A stretch of 64,000 nucleotides of DNA, taken from the NCBI RefSeq assembly GCF_033722355.1, contig NZ_JAWVZF010000001.1, positions 1,785 to 65,784 on the forward strand, written 5' to 3'. Position numbers and translations under genes: made by a program. Of the stretch, positions 17,268-29,171 are shown one piece after another (positions within the stretch are counted from its first letter, which is position 1; every line of letters starts with the position of its first letter). Origin of the DNA: Arsukibacterium sp. (GTDB lineage Bacteria > Pseudomonadota > Gammaproteobacteria > Enterobacterales > Alteromonadaceae). The notes under the pieces are model-generated. The model was given only the letters and a program-made list of their open reading frames with translations. It ran no database searches and was not told the origin of the DNA.

Positions 17268-18542
17268 TTAAAAAACGCTAACCAGTGACCGTGCTAAGTC
17301 TGCCAGCGTCAAAGTTTGTTGTGGTTTATCCTGGCGCAGCCACTTCAGGGTGATTTCACCACGCGCCAGTTCATCAGCGCCCAGAATTAAGCCCAGCTCA
17401 GCCCCTGACTTATCAGCCCGTTTCATCTGCTTTTTCAGGTTGCCGCCGCCGCAATGCAAGATAACACGTTTTGGCGCTAACTCGCTACGCAGCTGTTCGG
17501 CAATCGCAATAGCGGCAAGTTCCGCGGTTTCTCCTATTGGCATCAGATAAATATCCGCAGTTGTCTCAGGCAGATTAACCAGCTGCAGCGTTTGCAGCAA
17601 TAACACCAGCCGCTCCATGCCAAGCGCAAAGCCCACAGCCGGGGTTGCTTTCCCACCAAGCTGCTCTACCAGGCCATCATAACGGCCGCCGGCACACACT
17701 GTACCCTGTGCTCCCAGTTCGGTGGTGACCCACTCGAACACCGTTTTATTGTAATAATCCAGGCCACGTACCAGAGTCGGGTTCACGGTATAAGTAATAC
17801 CCGCGGCATCGAGCCGGCGTTTTAACTGGTTAAAATGCTCAGCAGAGTCGGCATCAAGATAATCAGCTAACTGCGGCGCATCGGCTAAAACCTCAGCTAA
17901 TGCCGGATTTTTACTGTCCAACACCCGCAGTGGATTACTGTGCATCCGGCGTAGACTGTCTTCGTCTAACTGCGATTTATGCTGCTCCAGATAGGCTACC
18001 AGCGCATCACGGTAGATTGCACGGGCTTCGTTGGAGCCCAGCGAGTTCAACTGCAGGCTGACATAAGGTGCCAGCCCCAGTTGCTGCCACAGATTCGCTG
18101 TCAACATAATCACTTCGGCATCAATATCACTGGTGGCAATACCAAAAGCTTCCAGACCGAACTGGTGAAACTGGCGGTAACGGCCTTTTTGTGGCCGCTC
18201 ATGCCGGAACATTGGCCCCATATACCAAAGCCGTTGCTCCTGGTTATAAAGCAGGCCGTGCTCATTACCTGCCCGGACACAACAAGCCGTGCCTTCGGGA
18301 CGCAGGGTCAGACTGTCGCCATTGCGATCAGCAAAGGTGTACATTTCTTTTTCAACGATATCGGTTACTTCGCCGATAGAGCGCTTGAACAGCTCCGTCA
18401 TTTCGACGATAGGAAAGCGGATCTCGCTGTAGCCGAAGCGGGCCACGGTACTGCGCAATACCTGCTCAAGATGCTGCCATAACGGCGTATCCTGAGGCAG
18501 GCAATCGTTCATGCCACGTATTGCCTGAATATTTTTTGCCAA
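17268..18542 (-). CDS. hisS: Histidine--tRNA ligase
   Basis: [40 protein letters not shown] motifs. Confidence 0.98.
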   Translation of the reverse strand: MAKNIQAIRGMNDCLPQDTPLWQHLEQVLRSTVARFGYSEIRFPIVEMTELFKRSIGEVTDIVEKEMYTFADRNGDSLTLRPEGTACCVRAGNEHGLLYNQEQRLWYMGPMFRHERPQKGRYRQFHQFGLEAFGIATSDIDAEVIMLTANLWQQLGLAPYVSLQLNSLGSNEARAIYRDALVAYLEQHKSQLDEDSLRRMHSNPLRVLDSKNPALAEVLADAPQLADYLDADSAEHFNQLKRRLDAAGITYTVNPTLVRGLDYYNKTVFEWVTTELGAQGTVCAGGRYDGLVEQLGGKATPAVGFALGMERLVLLLQTLQLVNLPETTADIYLMPIGETAELAAIAIAEQLRSELAPKRVILHCGGGNLKKQMKRADKSGAELGLILGADELARGEITLKWLRQDKPQQTLTLADLARSLVSVF

Positions 18543-18576
18543 AATTAAATTCTCACTGCCATGCTAAAACCGGCCG

Positions 18577-18605
18577 ATTATACGTTGGATGGTTAATATC
18601 ACCAA
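18577..18605 (-). promoter_or_regulatory. Internal sigma70 promoter for hisS
   Basis: TTGGTG-N17-TATAAT on the minus strand in the ispG-hisS gap. Confidence 0.6.
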
Positions 18606-18617
18606 ACCACCGTAATA

Positions 18618-19730
18618 TTAATCCAGTTGCTTAATACCTATCAGCTGCTCCCGGGCCACCAGATACTGGCGAACCTGCTGTTCCAGCTGCTCTGCGATGT
18701 TGTTATTGTCCAGCCGCAGTTTCTGGCGCTGGCCATTTAAATAAAAGCCACTTTTGCGATTCGCGCCCGCAACGCCTAAATCTGAAATCAGGGCTTCACC
18801 GGGACCATTGACCACACAGCCAATCACTGACACGGTTAATGGCTCGACAATGTCTTCCAGTCGCTGCTCCAGTTCATTCATGGTTTTGATAACATCAAAC
18901 TCCTGCCTTGAGCAGCTGGGGCAGGCGATAAAGTTAATACCGCGCTGGCGGATACGCAGTGACTTTAAAATATCAAATGCCACTTTCACTTCTTCCACCG
19001 GATCGGCCGCTAATGAGATGCGTAACGTATCGCCTATACCTTCCGCCAGCAGCATTCCCAGACCAATCGCGGATTTAACTGCACCGGCTCTAGCACCACC
19101 GGCTTCAGTAATGCCCAGATGCAGTGGTTGTTTAATCTGTTTGGCCAGTAACCGGTATGCGCCCACCGCCAGAAACACATCAGAGGCTTTAACACTGACT
19201 TTAAACTGATCAAAATTCAGCCGGTCCAGAATGTCAACATGACGCATCGCTGATTCCACCAGCGCTTCGGGGGTCGGTTCTGTGTACTTCTCCTGAATAT
19301 CAGCTTCCAGAGAGCCACCATTTACGCCTATCCGGATAGGAATATTATGATCCCGGGCACTGTCGACCACGGCACGGATCCGATCTTCCCGTCCAATGTT
19401 GCCCGGGTTTATCCGCAAACAGTCAGCACCATATTCCGCCACTTTCAACGCGATACGATAGTCAAAATGAATATCAGCCACCAGTGGAATCGTGGCCTGC
19501 TGTTTAATCAGCTTAAATGCTTCTGCCGCTTCCATGGTAGGCACAGAAACTCTTACCAGGTCTGCTCCGGCATCAGCGATGGCTTTAATCTGTGCCAGTG
19601 TCGCCGCCACATCGGTAGTTCGGGTGTTGGTCATAGATTGCACGGCAATGGGCGCATCACCACCGATGGCAACAGTACCTACGTGGATTTGCGTACTCGG
19701 GCGCCGGGTAATAGGATTGTCAGCAAACAT
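18618..19730 (-). CDS. ispG: HMBPP synthase (flavodoxin-dependent)
   Basis: [37 protein letters not shown]. Confidence 0.98.
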   Translation of the reverse strand: MFADNPITRRPSTQIHVGTVAIGGDAPIAVQSMTNTRTTDVAATLAQIKAIADAGADLVRVSVPTMEAAEAFKLIKQQATIPLVADIHFDYRIALKVAEYGADCLRINPGNIGREDRIRAVVDSARDHNIPIRIGVNGGSLEADIQEKYTEPTPEALVESAMRHVDILDRLNFDQFKVSVKASDVFLAVGAYRLLAKQIKQPLHLGITEAGGARAGAVKSAIGLGMLLAEGIGDTLRISLAADPVEEVKVAFDILKSLRIRQRGINFIACPSCSRQEFDVIKTMNELEQRLEDIVEPLTVSVIGCVVNGPGEALISDLGVAGANRKSGFYLNGQRQKLRLDNNNIAEQLEQQVRQYLVAREQLIGIKQLD

Positions 19731-19732
19731 GA

Positions 19733-20677
19733 TTAGTCGGGTTCCGCCAGGGTAAATTTCGCCACCCTGCCCGCTGGCAGGGATGACATATCAAAGGGTT
19801 GGTTGTTCAGAGTAATGCGCACTACACCGGGGTTACCCAAGGTGACAACAAAGGGCGCCTTGCCGCTTACCGTCATCTGGTAGCCTGGTTCCTTGGTGCC
19901 ATAAGCAATACGGTTGCCATCGGCATCCAGCACATCTATCCAGCAGCTATCCTGAAAATTCATTGTGATTACATCAGCCTGGGCCGATTCGTCATTTGCC
20001 CCTGAACCCGGGCTGGCGGGCTCGGGCTCAGGGGGCATGGCAACAGCATCAGGCAAACTGGCAACGGTACTATCTGACATGCTGAACGGCTCGCTGCCGG
20101 CAGGGTTTAACGCTTCTGCCAGTGCCTGACGGTCCGAGCCAGCGTCAATGGCTGTGCTACCGCTGTCTGATGCCATGTTACCGGTAGTGCTGGCGGTGCT
20201 GCTGTCAGCTAACTGTTGACTGCCGGTCAGGGTTTGCGTGACCGGTTGTTCTAATCGGCCCTCTGCATCGGGGCTGGCCGTCTGCCATCCCCATAGCACC
20301 AGCATCAGCACCAGTAACAGGCCAATGGCATAAGTCAGCCACATAAAGCGGTTTTCAGTTGCTTGCCGGCCGGTGCGGTTTGAAAATGTCCGCATCGGCT
20401 TCGCCGGATCAGTACCGCCGCCATGTTGCTGCTCAAACGCCTTAAGCACTTGATTTTCTGGCAATTTGACCAGGCGGGCATAGGCTCGCAGATAACCACG
20501 GACAAAGGTGATCAGAATAGAGCTATCAAACTGATCTGCTTCAATTTGCTGGACCAGACTTAACCGCAAATTTAACTGTAATGCGACATCAGCCATACTC
20601 AGCTTGCGCTGCTCCCGTGCCTGCCGCAGTAACTGGCCTGCAGTCATCTCTGTTGTTGTCTGCTCAGGTGTACTCAT
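19733..20677 (-). CDS. rodZ: Cytoskeleton protein RodZ
   Basis: N-terminal HTH (GQLLRQARE...[10 protein letters not shown]), TM segment, C-terminal DUF4115-type domain ([15 protein letters not shown]). Confidence 0.93.
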   Translation of the reverse strand: MSTPEQTTTEMTAGQLLRQAREQRKLSMADVALQLNLRLSLVQQIEADQFDSSILITFVRGYLRAYARLVKLPENQVLKAFEQQHGGGTDPAKPMRTFSNRTGRQATENRFMWLTYAIGLLLVLMLVLWGWQTASPDAEGRLEQPVTQTLTGSQQLADSSTASTTGNMASDSGSTAIDAGSDRQALAEALNPAGSEPFSMSDSTVASLPDAVAMPPEPEPASPGSGANDESAQADVITMNFQDSCWIDVLDADGNRIAYGTKEPGYQMTVSGKAPFVVTLGNPGVVRITLNNQPFDMSSLPAGRVAKFTLAEPD

Positions 20678-22641
20678 GGTTCAATTCGGGCCGGGTCAAT
20701 TACAAGCACTTGCTGACCAACCTGTAACTTGCTTTGGTCAGTAAAATTATTCCAGGCCATAAAGCTTTCCAGCCGGATATTATAGCGGTACGAAATGCCA
20801 AACATCGTTTCGCCCGCAGCCACCTGATGATAAGGCTCTGACGCATCTACCGGTTCACTGAACTCTGGCAGCCTGGCGACTTTTTGCGGTTGCTGCAGAT
20901 GCTCCTCTGCAACTTCTGCCAGCCAGATCCGCTGACCGGTTTTAATAACAGACTCGGGGGTTAGTTGATTCCACTCCATCAATCTGGCCAGCCGGATATT
21001 ATGTGCCACTGAGATGGCATAAAGTGACTCGCCTTCCTGCACAATGTGAAATTCAGCCGGCGGCACGGCATTATCCGATGCATTGTCAGCAACAGTTACC
21101 GGGTTGGCAGCGTCTGATTGCTCGTTGCCCTCACGTTGGCTGGTGTTCGTATCGCTTTGGCTGGCGATTTGTTGCGCCATTGTTTCTGGCTCGCTGGGCG
21201 GTTCTGATAATACTGTCTCTGCTGGCAGACTAACCGGCGGCGTAGCCGCTAAAATCAGCTGACTGGCAGCTTGCTGCTCAGCCTGTTTTGCTGCAGCTTG
21301 CTGCTCTGCCTGCTGGCTGGCAGCAAGCACGTCTGCGGCTTGTTTATCTGCCGCCAGTTGCGCGGCAGCCTGCTGTTCAGCTAACTGTTGTTCAACAGCC
21401 CGCTGTTCTGCCAGCTCTTGCTCAGCAGCCTGTTGTTCAGCTAATTGTTTTTCAACAGCGCGTTGCTCAGCAGCCCGTTGTTCTGCCAGCTGTTGGTCGG
21501 CAAGTTGTCTGGCAGCCGCTTCATCAGCTTTAAGCTGTTGCTCTGCCGTAACTTGTAACGCAGCTTCGTCAGCTGACGGCTGACTGGTGGCGAGTGCACC
21601 GGCAATCGCCTGACTGCTGACTGAACCTGCCACAGTTGCCGCGCGCGTTGCCTGCTGTACCATTTCCGCTGAGGGTTGTGCAATTACTGGCGTATCGTCA
21701 GCCGCCTGCTCGGGTGTCTTGCGTCTGACAACTTTTAATCTGGGGTTAGCTACCGGGCCGGTTGCTACTACGTCGGTCAAGGTGCTGTCTGGCAGCACAA
21801 TATTCGCCATCAGGCTTAATTTGTACTGTTCACGCAGCTGTTCAAATTCGCTTTCCAGCGTACGTTGCTGTAACAGCAGTCGGGCTTCCGGCGTGTCAAT
21901 ATATAATGTCAGCAGCAACTGTTCGGCATGTTTCATTGTGCTGACATCGCCCTGCTTTTCTGCCACCAGATAGTTCAGCAGGGTACTACGGGCAGAAACC
22001 CGCCCTAAGCGCTGGATCCGTTGCAACGCTGTTTTGGCGCCGACATTATCGCCCATCGCATAATTTACTGCGGCCAGATTAATCAATGAGCTTATCCGGG
22101 TACCATTATGAGACACCGAAGATTCAAGAAAGGTTTTTGCTTTACTAAAGCCCTGCTGATCCAGCTGACATAACGCCAGATTTTCGTAACTTTCCGCTAC
22201 CCGGATATAACCTGGCCGGGAAATCGCTTTCAGTAACAGCTGTTCTGCTTCATCATATTTTTCTATCTGACACAAAAACGCGCCATAATTATTATAAGCA
22301 TCGGCATTGTCGCTGTCTTTATTAAGTGCTTGTCGGTAAGCTTCTTCCGCCTGAGCGTGCTCACCAACACTCTGATAATAAAATGCCAGGGCGTTATACA
22401 CTTCAGGTAAATCAGGTGCAAACGCTTTAGCACGCTCTAAATTGTATTTTGCCTGGGTGGTATCGCCGCGACGTAAATAATTCAGGCCCAGTGAAATTCG
22501 GGTACGGGCAGCCTCGCTGTTATCAAGACTTCTCTCGCCAACCTGCCTGTCTGAGCCGACATAACTGCTTTCTGATACGCACGCTGTCAGGGTTAGTGAC
22601 ACACAGAGTGCGAGCCCAACCGAAAATTTCTGCATTACCAA
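20674..22641 (-). CDS. pilW: Type IV pilus biogenesis/stability lipoprotein PilW/PilF with C-terminal repeat region and two LysM domains
   Basis: Lipobox LTLTAC, AARTRISLGLNYL, NNYGAFLC, YENLALC TPRs; LysM motifs HIVQEGESLYAIS and HQVAAGETMFGIS; conserved position between rlmN and rodZ. Confidence 0.88.
   Translation of the reverse strand: MVMQKFSVGLALCVSLTLTACVSESSYVGSDRQVGERSLDNSEAARTRISLGLNYLRRGDTTQAKYNLERAKAFAPDLPEVYNALAFYYQSVGEHAQAEEAYRQALNKDSDNADAYNNYGAFLCQIEKYDEAEQLLLKAISRPGYIRVAESYENLALCQLDQQGFSKAKTFLESSVSHNGTRISSLINLAAVNYAMGDNVGAKTALQRIQRLGRVSARSTLLNYLVAEKQGDVSTMKHAEQLLLTLYIDTPEARLLLQQRTLESEFEQLREQYKLSLMANIVLPDSTLTDVVATGPVANPRLKVVRRKTPEQAADDTPVIAQPSAEMVQQATRAATVAGSVSSQAIAGALATSQPSADEAALQVTAEQQLKADEAAARQLADQQLAEQRAAEQRAVEKQLAEQQAAEQELAEQRAVEQQLAEQQAAAQLAADKQAADVLAASQQAEQQAAAKQAEQQAASQLILAATPPVSLPAETVLSEPPSEPETMAQQIASQSDTNTSQREGNEQSDAANPVTVADNASDNAVPPAEFHIVQEGESLYAISVAHNIRLARLMEWNQLTPESVIKTGQRIWLAEVAEEHLQQPQKVARLPEFSEPVDASEPYHQVAAGETMFGISYRYNIRLESFMAWNNFTDQSKLQVGQQVLVIDPARIEP
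21371..21505 (-). repeat. Degenerate 15-bp coding tandem repeat (about 9 units) in pilW
   Basis: Plus-strand units such as tgctgttcagctaac, tgttgttcaacagcc, cgctgttctgccagc, tcttgctcagcagcc; they encode (L/A)(A/V)EQ(Q/R/E/K) pentapeptides. Confidence 0.85.
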
Positions 22642-22656
22642 TGGTCATCCCTTGGG

Positions 22657-23784
22657 TTACGGCAGCATTTTAACCAGAATAGGCTGGCCCTTTTGCTGCT
22701 TCTTTATCAGTCTCTTGGTTCGATCAATGACATCGCCAACCAGCTGGCCGCACGCTGCATCGATATCATCGCCCCGGGTTTTCCGTACCATAACAGTAAA
22801 ACCGTGCTGTTGTAACACCTTGTTAAAACGGTCAATCCGCGAATTACTGGACCTTTTATAAGGTGAGCCCGGATACGGATTAAAGGGGATTAGATTAATC
22901 TTTGCCGGCGTATCTTGCAATGCCTGCGCTAACTCATGCGCCTGCTCCATGCTGTCGTTGATGCCGTCGAGCATAACATACTCTACTGTGACCTTATCAT
23001 TGGCTTTAGAGTTCTCAACATAACGACGTGAGGCCGCTAAAAATTGCTCCATCGGATATTTTTTATTCACCGGCACCAGCTCATCCCGCAAAGCATTATT
23101 CGGGGCATGCAAGGAGATAGCCAACGCCACATCAATCCGCTCACGCAGTAAATCGAGCGCTGGCACCACACCAGAGGTACTTAAGGTGACCCGGCGTTTC
23201 GATAAACCAAAACCATAGTCTTCCAGCATTAACTCCATAGCCGGCACCACGTTATTGAGGTTTAACAGCGGTTCGCCCATGCCCATCATCACGACGTTAG
23301 TAACCGGTTTTTCGCCGGTATCACCGTAACTGCCAATGATCTGCGCCACCCGCCAGACCTGGCCGATGATTTCACTGACGCTCAGGTTACGGTTAAAGCC
23401 CTGTTGCGCGGTCGAGCAGAAGGTACAGTCCAGCGCGCAGCCAACCTGCGATGAAACACAGAGGGTGCGCCGATCTTTTTCCGGGATCCAGACTGTTTCC
23501 ACTTCCTGGCCACCGACCAGCCCCATCACAAATTTAATGGTGCCATCACTGCTATCCTGTCGTGTTACCACCTCAGGAGCGGCTATGACTGCCAGGTTTT
23601 TCAATTTGTCCCGCAGTGTTTTATTGATATTGGTCATCTTGTCGAAATCATCAACACAGAAGTGGTAAATCCATTTCATTACCTGATCAGCCCGAAATGG
23701 CTTTTCGCCCAGGGAGACAAAAAATTCCTGCATTTGAGCACGGGTAAAATCTAACAAATTTACCTTGTTTAACGGCTTGTTCAT
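22657..23784 (-). CDS. rlmN: Dual-specificity 23S rRNA/tRNA m2A methyltransferase RlmN
   Basis: Radical [23 protein letters not shown]; start set at the ATG following the AGGAG RBS. Confidence 0.97.
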   Translation of the reverse strand: MNKPLNKVNLLDFTRAQMQEFFVSLGEKPFRADQVMKWIYHFCVDDFDKMTNINKTLRDKLKNLAVIAAPEVVTRQDSSDGTIKFVMGLVGGQEVETVWIPEKDRRTLCVSSQVGCALDCTFCSTAQQGFNRNLSVSEIIGQVWRVAQIIGSYGDTGEKPVTNVVMMGMGEPLLNLNNVVPAMELMLEDYGFGLSKRRVTLSTSGVVPALDLLRERIDVALAISLHAPNNALRDELVPVNKKYPMEQFLAASRRYVENSKANDKVTVEYVMLDGINDSMEQAHELAQALQDTPAKINLIPFNPYPGSPYKRSSNSRIDRFNKVLQQHGFTVMVRKTRGDDIDAACGQLVGDVIDRTKRLIKKQQKGQPILVKMLP

Positions 23785-23855
23785 ACCCTGATGACTCCTG
23801 CTGACACCTATCAATAACTCACTATTACACTCTGAATCTTCAGCTTACTAAGGCA

Positions 23856-23879
23856 GAAAAGGGGCTGACGCCCCCTTTC
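23856..23879 (-). terminator. ndk terminator
   Basis: Minus strand GAAAGGGGGC-GTCA-GCCCCTTTTC stem with one G-U pair, ending in a U tract. Confidence 0.7.
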
Positions 23880-23910
23880 CTTCAGCTAACACAGCAGCGG
23901 TTTCCCGGAA

Positions 23911-24342
23911 TTAACGGGTACGGCTGCACAGCTCGTTTTCAGTGAAGAAAAACGCAATTTCACGGGCGGCAGACGCAGCAGCATCAGAACCGTGCACGGC
24001 GTTTTCATCAATGCTGTCAGCATAGTCAGCACGTAAAGTACCGGCTAACGCGTCTTTCGGGTTGGTCGCACCCATAATTTCGCGGTTTTTGCGTACAGCA
24101 TCTTCGCCTTCTAAAACCTGAACCATCACCGGGCCAGAGGTCATAAAGCTGACCAGCGCTTTAAAGAAAGGACGCTCTTTATGCTCGCCATAAAAACCTT
24201 CAGCTTGTTCCTGGCTTAAGTGTAGCATTTTAGAAGCGACAATCCGCAGTCCGGCCGATTCGAAACGGTGATAAATAGCGCCGATCAGGTTTTTTGCTAC
24301 TGCATCGGGTTTAATGATTGAAAAAGTACGTTCTAAGGCCAT
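23911..24342 (-). CDS. ndk: Nucleoside diphosphate kinase
   Basis: [34 protein letters not shown]. Confidence 0.98.
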   Translation of the reverse strand: MALERTFSIIKPDAVAKNLIGAIYHRFESAGLRIVASKMLHLSQEQAEGFYGEHKERPFFKALVSFMTSGPVMVQVLEGEDAVRKNREIMGATNPKDALAGTLRADYADSIDENAVHGSDAAASAAREIAFFFTENELCSRTR

Positions 24343-24432
24343 GTCAGGCTCCTGTTGTAAAGGGTTTAAATTTTAAGGCGGCAAATTATACGCTAATTGC
24401 CGGAAAAAACCTACAGTGACTGCATGTCCCGC

Positions 24433-24771
24433 TTAGTGGCCTTCGCTAACCATATTGACGGTATATTTCGGAATTTCCACTACCAGATCTTCATCGGCGA
24501 TCCGGGCCTGACAACCCAGCCTTGATTCCGGCTCCAGCCCCCAAGCTTTATCAAGCATATCGTCTTCCAGCTCATCGCTTTCGTTCAGCGAGTAAAACCC
24601 TTCCCGGATAATGACGTGACAGGTGGTACAGGCACAGGACTTTTCACAGGCATGCTCAATCGCAATGCCATTTTTTAATGCCACATCCAGCACCGTCTCG
24701 CCGCTGTTGGCTTCCAGAGCCGCGCCCTTTGGACATAATTCAGCATGGGGTAAAAATACGATCTTTGGCAT
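24433..24771 (-). CDS. fdx: ISC system 2Fe-2S ferredoxin
   Basis: HACEKSCACTTCH, SRLGCQA. Confidence 0.97.
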   Translation of the reverse strand: MPKIVFLPHAELCPKGAALEANSGETVLDVALKNGIAIEHACEKSCACTTCHVIIREGFYSLNESDELEDDMLDKAWGLEPESRLGCQARIADEDLVVEIPKYTVNMVSEGH

Positions 24772-24773
24772 GG

Positions 24774-26630
24774 TTAAACCTCGTCGACTTTGTGGCCCTG
24801 CAAGGCCTGCCGGATAGATTTATCCATGCGTCTGGCAGCAAAGTCATCTGTTAAAGTATTGGTATGTTCGATGGCAGCTTTTATGGCTGCGGTATCCTGC
24901 TGCTGACGGACTTTCGCCAGATTAGTTAAAGCCGACTTTATTTCAGCCAGCTCCTGCTCATTCAGCAAAACACCATCCTGCGCCAGCGCCGCACTGACGG
25001 CTTCCAGCACCCGGTCTGCTTCCACCTGCTGCTCACGCAGCAAACGTTGCTGCATATCCTGGCGGGCATGCTGCATCGAGCCGCTAATCATGGCGGCGAC
25101 CTGATCATCGGTTAAACCGTAAGAGGGTTTAACCTGAATACCGGCCGCGACACCGGTAGATTTCTCTTCAGCACTGACGCTTAGCAGACCATCGGCATCT
25201 ACCTGAAATGTCACCTTGATATGGGCGCCGCCGGCAGGCATTGGCGGGATGCCACGTAATTCAAAACGCGCCAGCGAGCGGCAATCTTCTACCAGTTCAC
25301 GTTCACCCTGTAATACGTGAATAGCCATTGCTGTCTGACCATCTTTAAAGGTAGTGAATTCCTGAGCCCGGGCAACCGGAATGACGGTATTTCGCGGAAT
25401 CACTTTTTCAGTCAGGCCACCCATGGTTTCCAGACCCAGTGATAGCGGAATCACATCCAGCAGCAGGGTTTCGTGTTCTGCTTTGTTACCGACCAGCACG
25501 TTAGCCTGAATCGCAGCGCCCAGCGCGACGACTTTGTCAGGGTCGATTGAGGTCAACGGTTCGGTGGCAAAAAACTCTCCTACTAAACGCCGAACCAGCG
25601 GCACCCGGGTTGAGCCGCCAACCATCACTACTTTAGTGATATCTTCTGCTGTTAAATTGGCATCACGTAGCACCTGACGGCAGCTGCGGATGGTTTTTTT
25701 TACCAGTGTACGGCTTAGCTGTTCAAATTCAGTGCGACTAAAACTGCCATTCAGATCCTGACCGTCAGCACTGAAGCGGTAGTCGGCAGTCTCGTTATCC
25801 GTTAATTGTTCTTTTAACTTGCGGGCAGCAGTTAAATACTGACGACGACCACTATGGCTTAGCTGCTGCTGGCCAGTTTGCTGCTGCAACCAGCTGACGA
25901 TAACCTGATCGAAGTCATCACCACCCAGTGCTGAGTCACCACCGGTCGCCAGTACTTCAAATACACCGCGCTTTAAGCGCAAAATTGAAATATCAAAAGT
26001 CCCGCCGCCCAAATCGTAAACGGCAATCACGCCTTCCTGACCCGAATCAAGACCGTAGGCTAATGCGGCCGCAGTTGGTTCGTTCAGCAAACGCAACACA
26101 TTAAGGCCAGCCAGCTTGGCCGCGTCTTTGGTTGCCTGGCGCTGGGCATCATCGAAATAGGCCGGTACCGTAATAACAACACCGTTAAGCTCACCACCCA
26201 GTACCTGACTTGCTGTATCGGCAAGGGTAGCCAGTATTTCTGCGGAAACCTCAACCGGGTTTTTGACGCCTTCACGGGTTGCCACGGCTGCCAGGCCGCC
26301 CTGATCCACCAACTGATAAGGCAACAGCTCTGCCAGCGGCTGAGTTTCTGCATAACCCTTACCCATCAGGCGTTTAATTGAAAAAATGGTATTGCTGGCA
26401 TCGGCCGCTGCTGCTTGCACCGCATCGCGGCCCACGTCGGTTTTATCCGGGCCATACCGGACAACCGACGGTATCATATCGTTGCCGGCAGCATTGCGCA
26501 GCGTATCTGCCTGACCGCTGCGAACCGCAGCGACCAGAGAATTGGTTGTACCTAAATCGATACCTGCTGCCAGTTTATGTTGATGAGGCGCAGCACTCTG
26601 GCCGGGCTCTGCAATCTGTAATAACGCCAT
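24774..26630 (-). CDS. hscA: Fe-S protein assembly chaperone HscA
   Basis: [19 protein letters not shown], Hsp70 motifs, RRMDKSI; position in isc operon. Confidence 0.97.
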   Translation of the reverse strand: MALLQIAEPGQSAAPHQHKLAAGIDLGTTNSLVAAVRSGQADTLRNAAGNDMIPSVVRYGPDKTDVGRDAVQAAAADASNTIFSIKRLMGKGYAETQPLAELLPYQLVDQGGLAAVATREGVKNPVEVSAEILATLADTASQVLGGELNGVVITVPAYFDDAQRQATKDAAKLAGLNVLRLLNEPTAAALAYGLDSGQEGVIAVYDLGGGTFDISILRLKRGVFEVLATGGDSALGGDDFDQVIVSWLQQQTGQQQLSHSGRRQYLTAARKLKEQLTDNETADYRFSADGQDLNGSFSRTEFEQLSRTLVKKTIRSCRQVLRDANLTAEDITKVVMVGGSTRVPLVRRLVGEFFATEPLTSIDPDKVVALGAAIQANVLVGNKAEHETLLLDVIPLSLGLETMGGLTEKVIPRNTVIPVARAQEFTTFKDGQTAMAIHVLQGERELVEDCRSLARFELRGIPPMPAGGAHIKVTFQVDADGLLSVSAEEKSTGVAAGIQVKPSYGLTDDQVAAMISGSMQHARQDMQQRLLREQQVEADRVLEAVSAALAQDGVLLNEQELAEIKSALTNLAKVRQQQDTAAIKAAIEHTNTLTDDFAARRMDKSIRQALQGHKVDEV

Positions 26631-26638
26631 AGCTTTAT

Positions 26639-27163
26639 TTAATCTTGTAATTGCTGTTCAATTAACTCCAGCTCATGCTGCAGTTTAAAGAAAAATTTGA
26701 GTTTACGCACCAGTTCTGCTGCCTGCTGGTTCTGTTCATTGGTATTGGCGTCCAGTGCCGCAGCCAGTTGTTTTAACAGTACTTTACGCTGTTGCTGCAA
26801 TTGCTGCTCTACCGCCATAATGGCATCATCCGGATCATCACTGTGGCTGATTTCTTCCAGCTGCTCGCGCAGCTCCATCTGCTGCATTAAAAACGCTGGA
26901 TCAGTAAAGCTGCGCTGTTCCTGGCTGATTTTAAGCCCCCGCAACGCGAGCAGATGCTCGGCCCGCAGCAACGGTTGTTTCAGACTGTGATAGGCATCGT
27001 TAATATTGGCGGTTTGCTGCACTGACATCAGCCGGTCACGGTTAGAGGCAGCCGCATAGTTATCGGGATGAAATTTGCGCTGCAGTGCCAGATAACGTGA
27101 TCCCAATTCAGTTAAGTCCAGCTCAAAAGTTGCCGGTAAATCAAACAACTGAAAATAATTCAT
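26639..27163 (-). CDS. hscB: Co-chaperone HscB
   Basis: J domain with [21 protein letters not shown]. Confidence 0.96.
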   Translation of the reverse strand: MNYFQLFDLPATFELDLTELGSRYLALQRKFHPDNYAAASNRDRLMSVQQTANINDAYHSLKQPLLRAEHLLALRGLKISQEQRSFTDPAFLMQQMELREQLEEISHSDDPDDAIMAVEQQLQQQRKVLLKQLAAALDANTNEQNQQAAELVRKLKFFFKLQHELELIEQQLQD

Positions 27164-27193
27164 CTAATATCGGCCTTACAGCAGTCGAAAAAA

Positions 27194-27517
27194 TTAAACG
27201 GTAAAGCTCTCGCCGCAGCCACATTCGCCGTTAACGTTAGGGTTTTTAAACTGAAAACCTTCGTTCAGGCCTTCTTTAACAAAATCCAGCTGAGTGCCAT
27301 CGATATACACCAGGCTTTTGCCATCGACAATCAGCTTCAGACCATGCTCTTCGAATACCTGATCATCTTCATTCAGCTCATCGACAAACTCCAGCACATA
27401 GGCCAGGCCGGAACAGCCGGTAGTTTTAACACCCACCCTCAGGCCCAGGCCTTTTCCGCGATTTTGCAGAAAGTTACGCACTCTTTCAGCTGCCGCTGTG
27501 GTCATCGATATTGCCAT
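27194..27517 (-). CDS. iscA: Fe-S cluster assembly protein IscA
   Basis: TTGCSG, CGCGESF. Confidence 0.97.
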   Translation of the reverse strand: MAISMTTAAAERVRNFLQNRGKGLGLRVGVKTTGCSGLAYVLEFVDELNEDDQVFEEHGLKLIVDGKSLVYIDGTQLDFVKEGLNEGFQFKNPNVNGECGCGESFTV

Positions 27518-27523
27518 ACCGCG

Positions 27524-27907
27524 TTAACCCCCGTGCTTTTGCTTGTAATCTGCGATGGCGGCTTTAATTGCGTCTTCCGCCAGAATAGAGCAGTGAATCT
27601 TAACCGGCGGCAGTGCCAGCTCGTGGGCGATATCGGTGTTTTTGATTTGCTGGGCTTCATCCAGGCTCTTACCTTTCACCCATTCGGTCACCAGCGAGCT
27701 GGAGGCGATAGCACTGCCACAGCCATAGGTTTTGAATTTGGCATCTTCAATAATGCCCTGCTCATTGACCTTGATTTGCAGTTTCATCACGTCACCACAG
27801 GCAGGCGCACCCACCATACCGGTTGCAATGCTGGGGTCATCTTTGGCAAAAGATCCCACATTACGTGGGTTCTCATAATGATCGATTACTTTATTGCTGT
27901 AAGCCAT
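27524..27907 (-). CDS. iscU: Fe-S cluster scaffold IscU
   Basis: DHYENPRNVG, GAPACGDVM, GCGSAIAS, LPPVKIHC. Confidence 0.98.
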   Translation of the reverse strand: MAYSNKVIDHYENPRNVGSFAKDDPSIATGMVGAPACGDVMKLQIKVNEQGIIEDAKFKTYGCGSAIASSSLVTEWVKGKSLDEAQQIKNTDIAHELALPPVKIHCSILAEDAIKAAIADYKQKHGG

Positions 27908-27937
27908 GATCTGTTACCTCGTTAGGCCGGACGGCGC

Positions 27938-29152
27938 TTAATGCGCAACCCATGCCACTGTGTTTAAATCAATACCGTCTTTGAACATATCCCATAACGG
28001 CGACATTTCCCTTAGTTTGTCAATCGCCTGATGAACAATCTTAATCGTGTGATCAATTTGCTCTTCAGTGGTAAAGCGACCGATGCTGAACCGGATGGAA
28101 CTGTGGGCCAGTTCATCATTCAGGCCCAGCGCCCGTAAGACATAAGATGGCTCCAGGCTCGCCGACGTACAGGCTGATCCCGATGATACGGCCACATCTT
28201 TCAGCGCCATAATCAGCGATTCGCCTTCAACAAAATTAAAACTGATATTGGTGATATGGGGCACACGTGGTGCATCGCCACCATTTAAATATACCTGTTC
28301 AATATCTTTAATGCCGTTCCATAAGCGGTCGCGTAATGCGGTAATCCGCTCGCGCTCAGCGGCCATTTCTTCTTTAGCCAGCCGGAATGCCTCGCCCATT
28401 GCCGCAATCTGATGTGGCGCCAGGGTACCTGACCGCATACCGCGCTCATGGCCACCGCCGTGGGTCTGAGCCTCTAAGCGAATGCGTGGTTTACGACGCA
28501 CATACAGGGCACCGATGCCTTTCGGACCATAGGTTTTGTGACCGGAAAAAGACATCAGGTCCACTTTCAGATTCTGTAAGTCAATCTCTACTTTACCGGT
28601 GGCCTGGGCCGCATCAACATGAAATACAATCCCTTTACTGCGGCATAACTCACCAATGGCTGCGATGTCCTGAATAACACCAATCTCGTTATTAACAAAC
28701 ATGATACTTACCACACTGGTCTCAGGTCGCATCGCAGCTTCCAGCTTGGCAAGGTCAACCAGACCATTACTTTCCACATCCAGATAGGTTACCTCAAACC
28801 CCTCACGCTCAAGCTGGCGCATGGTATCGAGTACGGCTTTATGTTCAGTTTTGGCAGTAATTAAATGTTTACCCTTCTTCTTGTAGAACTGGGCAGCCCC
28901 TTTAATCGCCAGGTTATTTGATTCAGTTGCCCCGGAGGTGAACACAATTTCCCGAGGATCAGCGTTAACCAATTCGGCTATCTGACTGCGGGCAATTTCC
29001 ACTGACTCTTCTGCCTGCCAGCCAAAACGATGTGAACGGGACGCCGGGTTACCAAACTCGCCGTCCATCGTCAGATATTGGATCATTTTTTCGGCCACAC
29101 GCGGGTCAACCGGAGTGGTCGCCGCATAATCCAGATAAATAGGTAGCTTCAT
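27938..29152 (-). CDS. iscS: Cysteine desulfurase IscS
   Basis: [14 protein letters not shown] start (404 aa), SGHK PLP lysine, SSGSACTS; the ORF-track start at 29242 is an over-extension. Confidence 0.98.
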   Translation of the reverse strand: MKLPIYLDYAATTPVDPRVAEKMIQYLTMDGEFGNPASRSHRFGWQAEESVEIARSQIAELVNADPREIVFTSGATESNNLAIKGAAQFYKKKGKHLITAKTEHKAVLDTMRQLEREGFEVTYLDVESNGLVDLAKLEAAMRPETSVVSIMFVNNEIGVIQDIAAIGELCRSKGIVFHVDAAQATGKVEIDLQNLKVDLMSFSGHKTYGPKGIGALYVRRKPRIRLEAQTHGGGHERGMRSGTLAPHQIAAMGEAFRLAKEEMAAERERITALRDRLWNGIKDIEQVYLNGGDAPRVPHITNISFNFVEGESLIMALKDVAVSSGSACTSASLEPSYVLRALGLNDELAHSSIRFSIGRFTTEEQIDHTIKIVHQAIDKLREMSPLWDMFKDGIDLNTVAWVAH

Positions 29153-29171
29153 TGTTGGCTCCGTAATGCGT

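Noticed and set aside
27344-27925. 193-aa plus-strand ORF (likewise 17979-18482, 48571-49125, 12075-12659)
   Set aside because: Antisense shadows of highly conserved genes (iscU/iscA, hisS, damX, decarboxylase)
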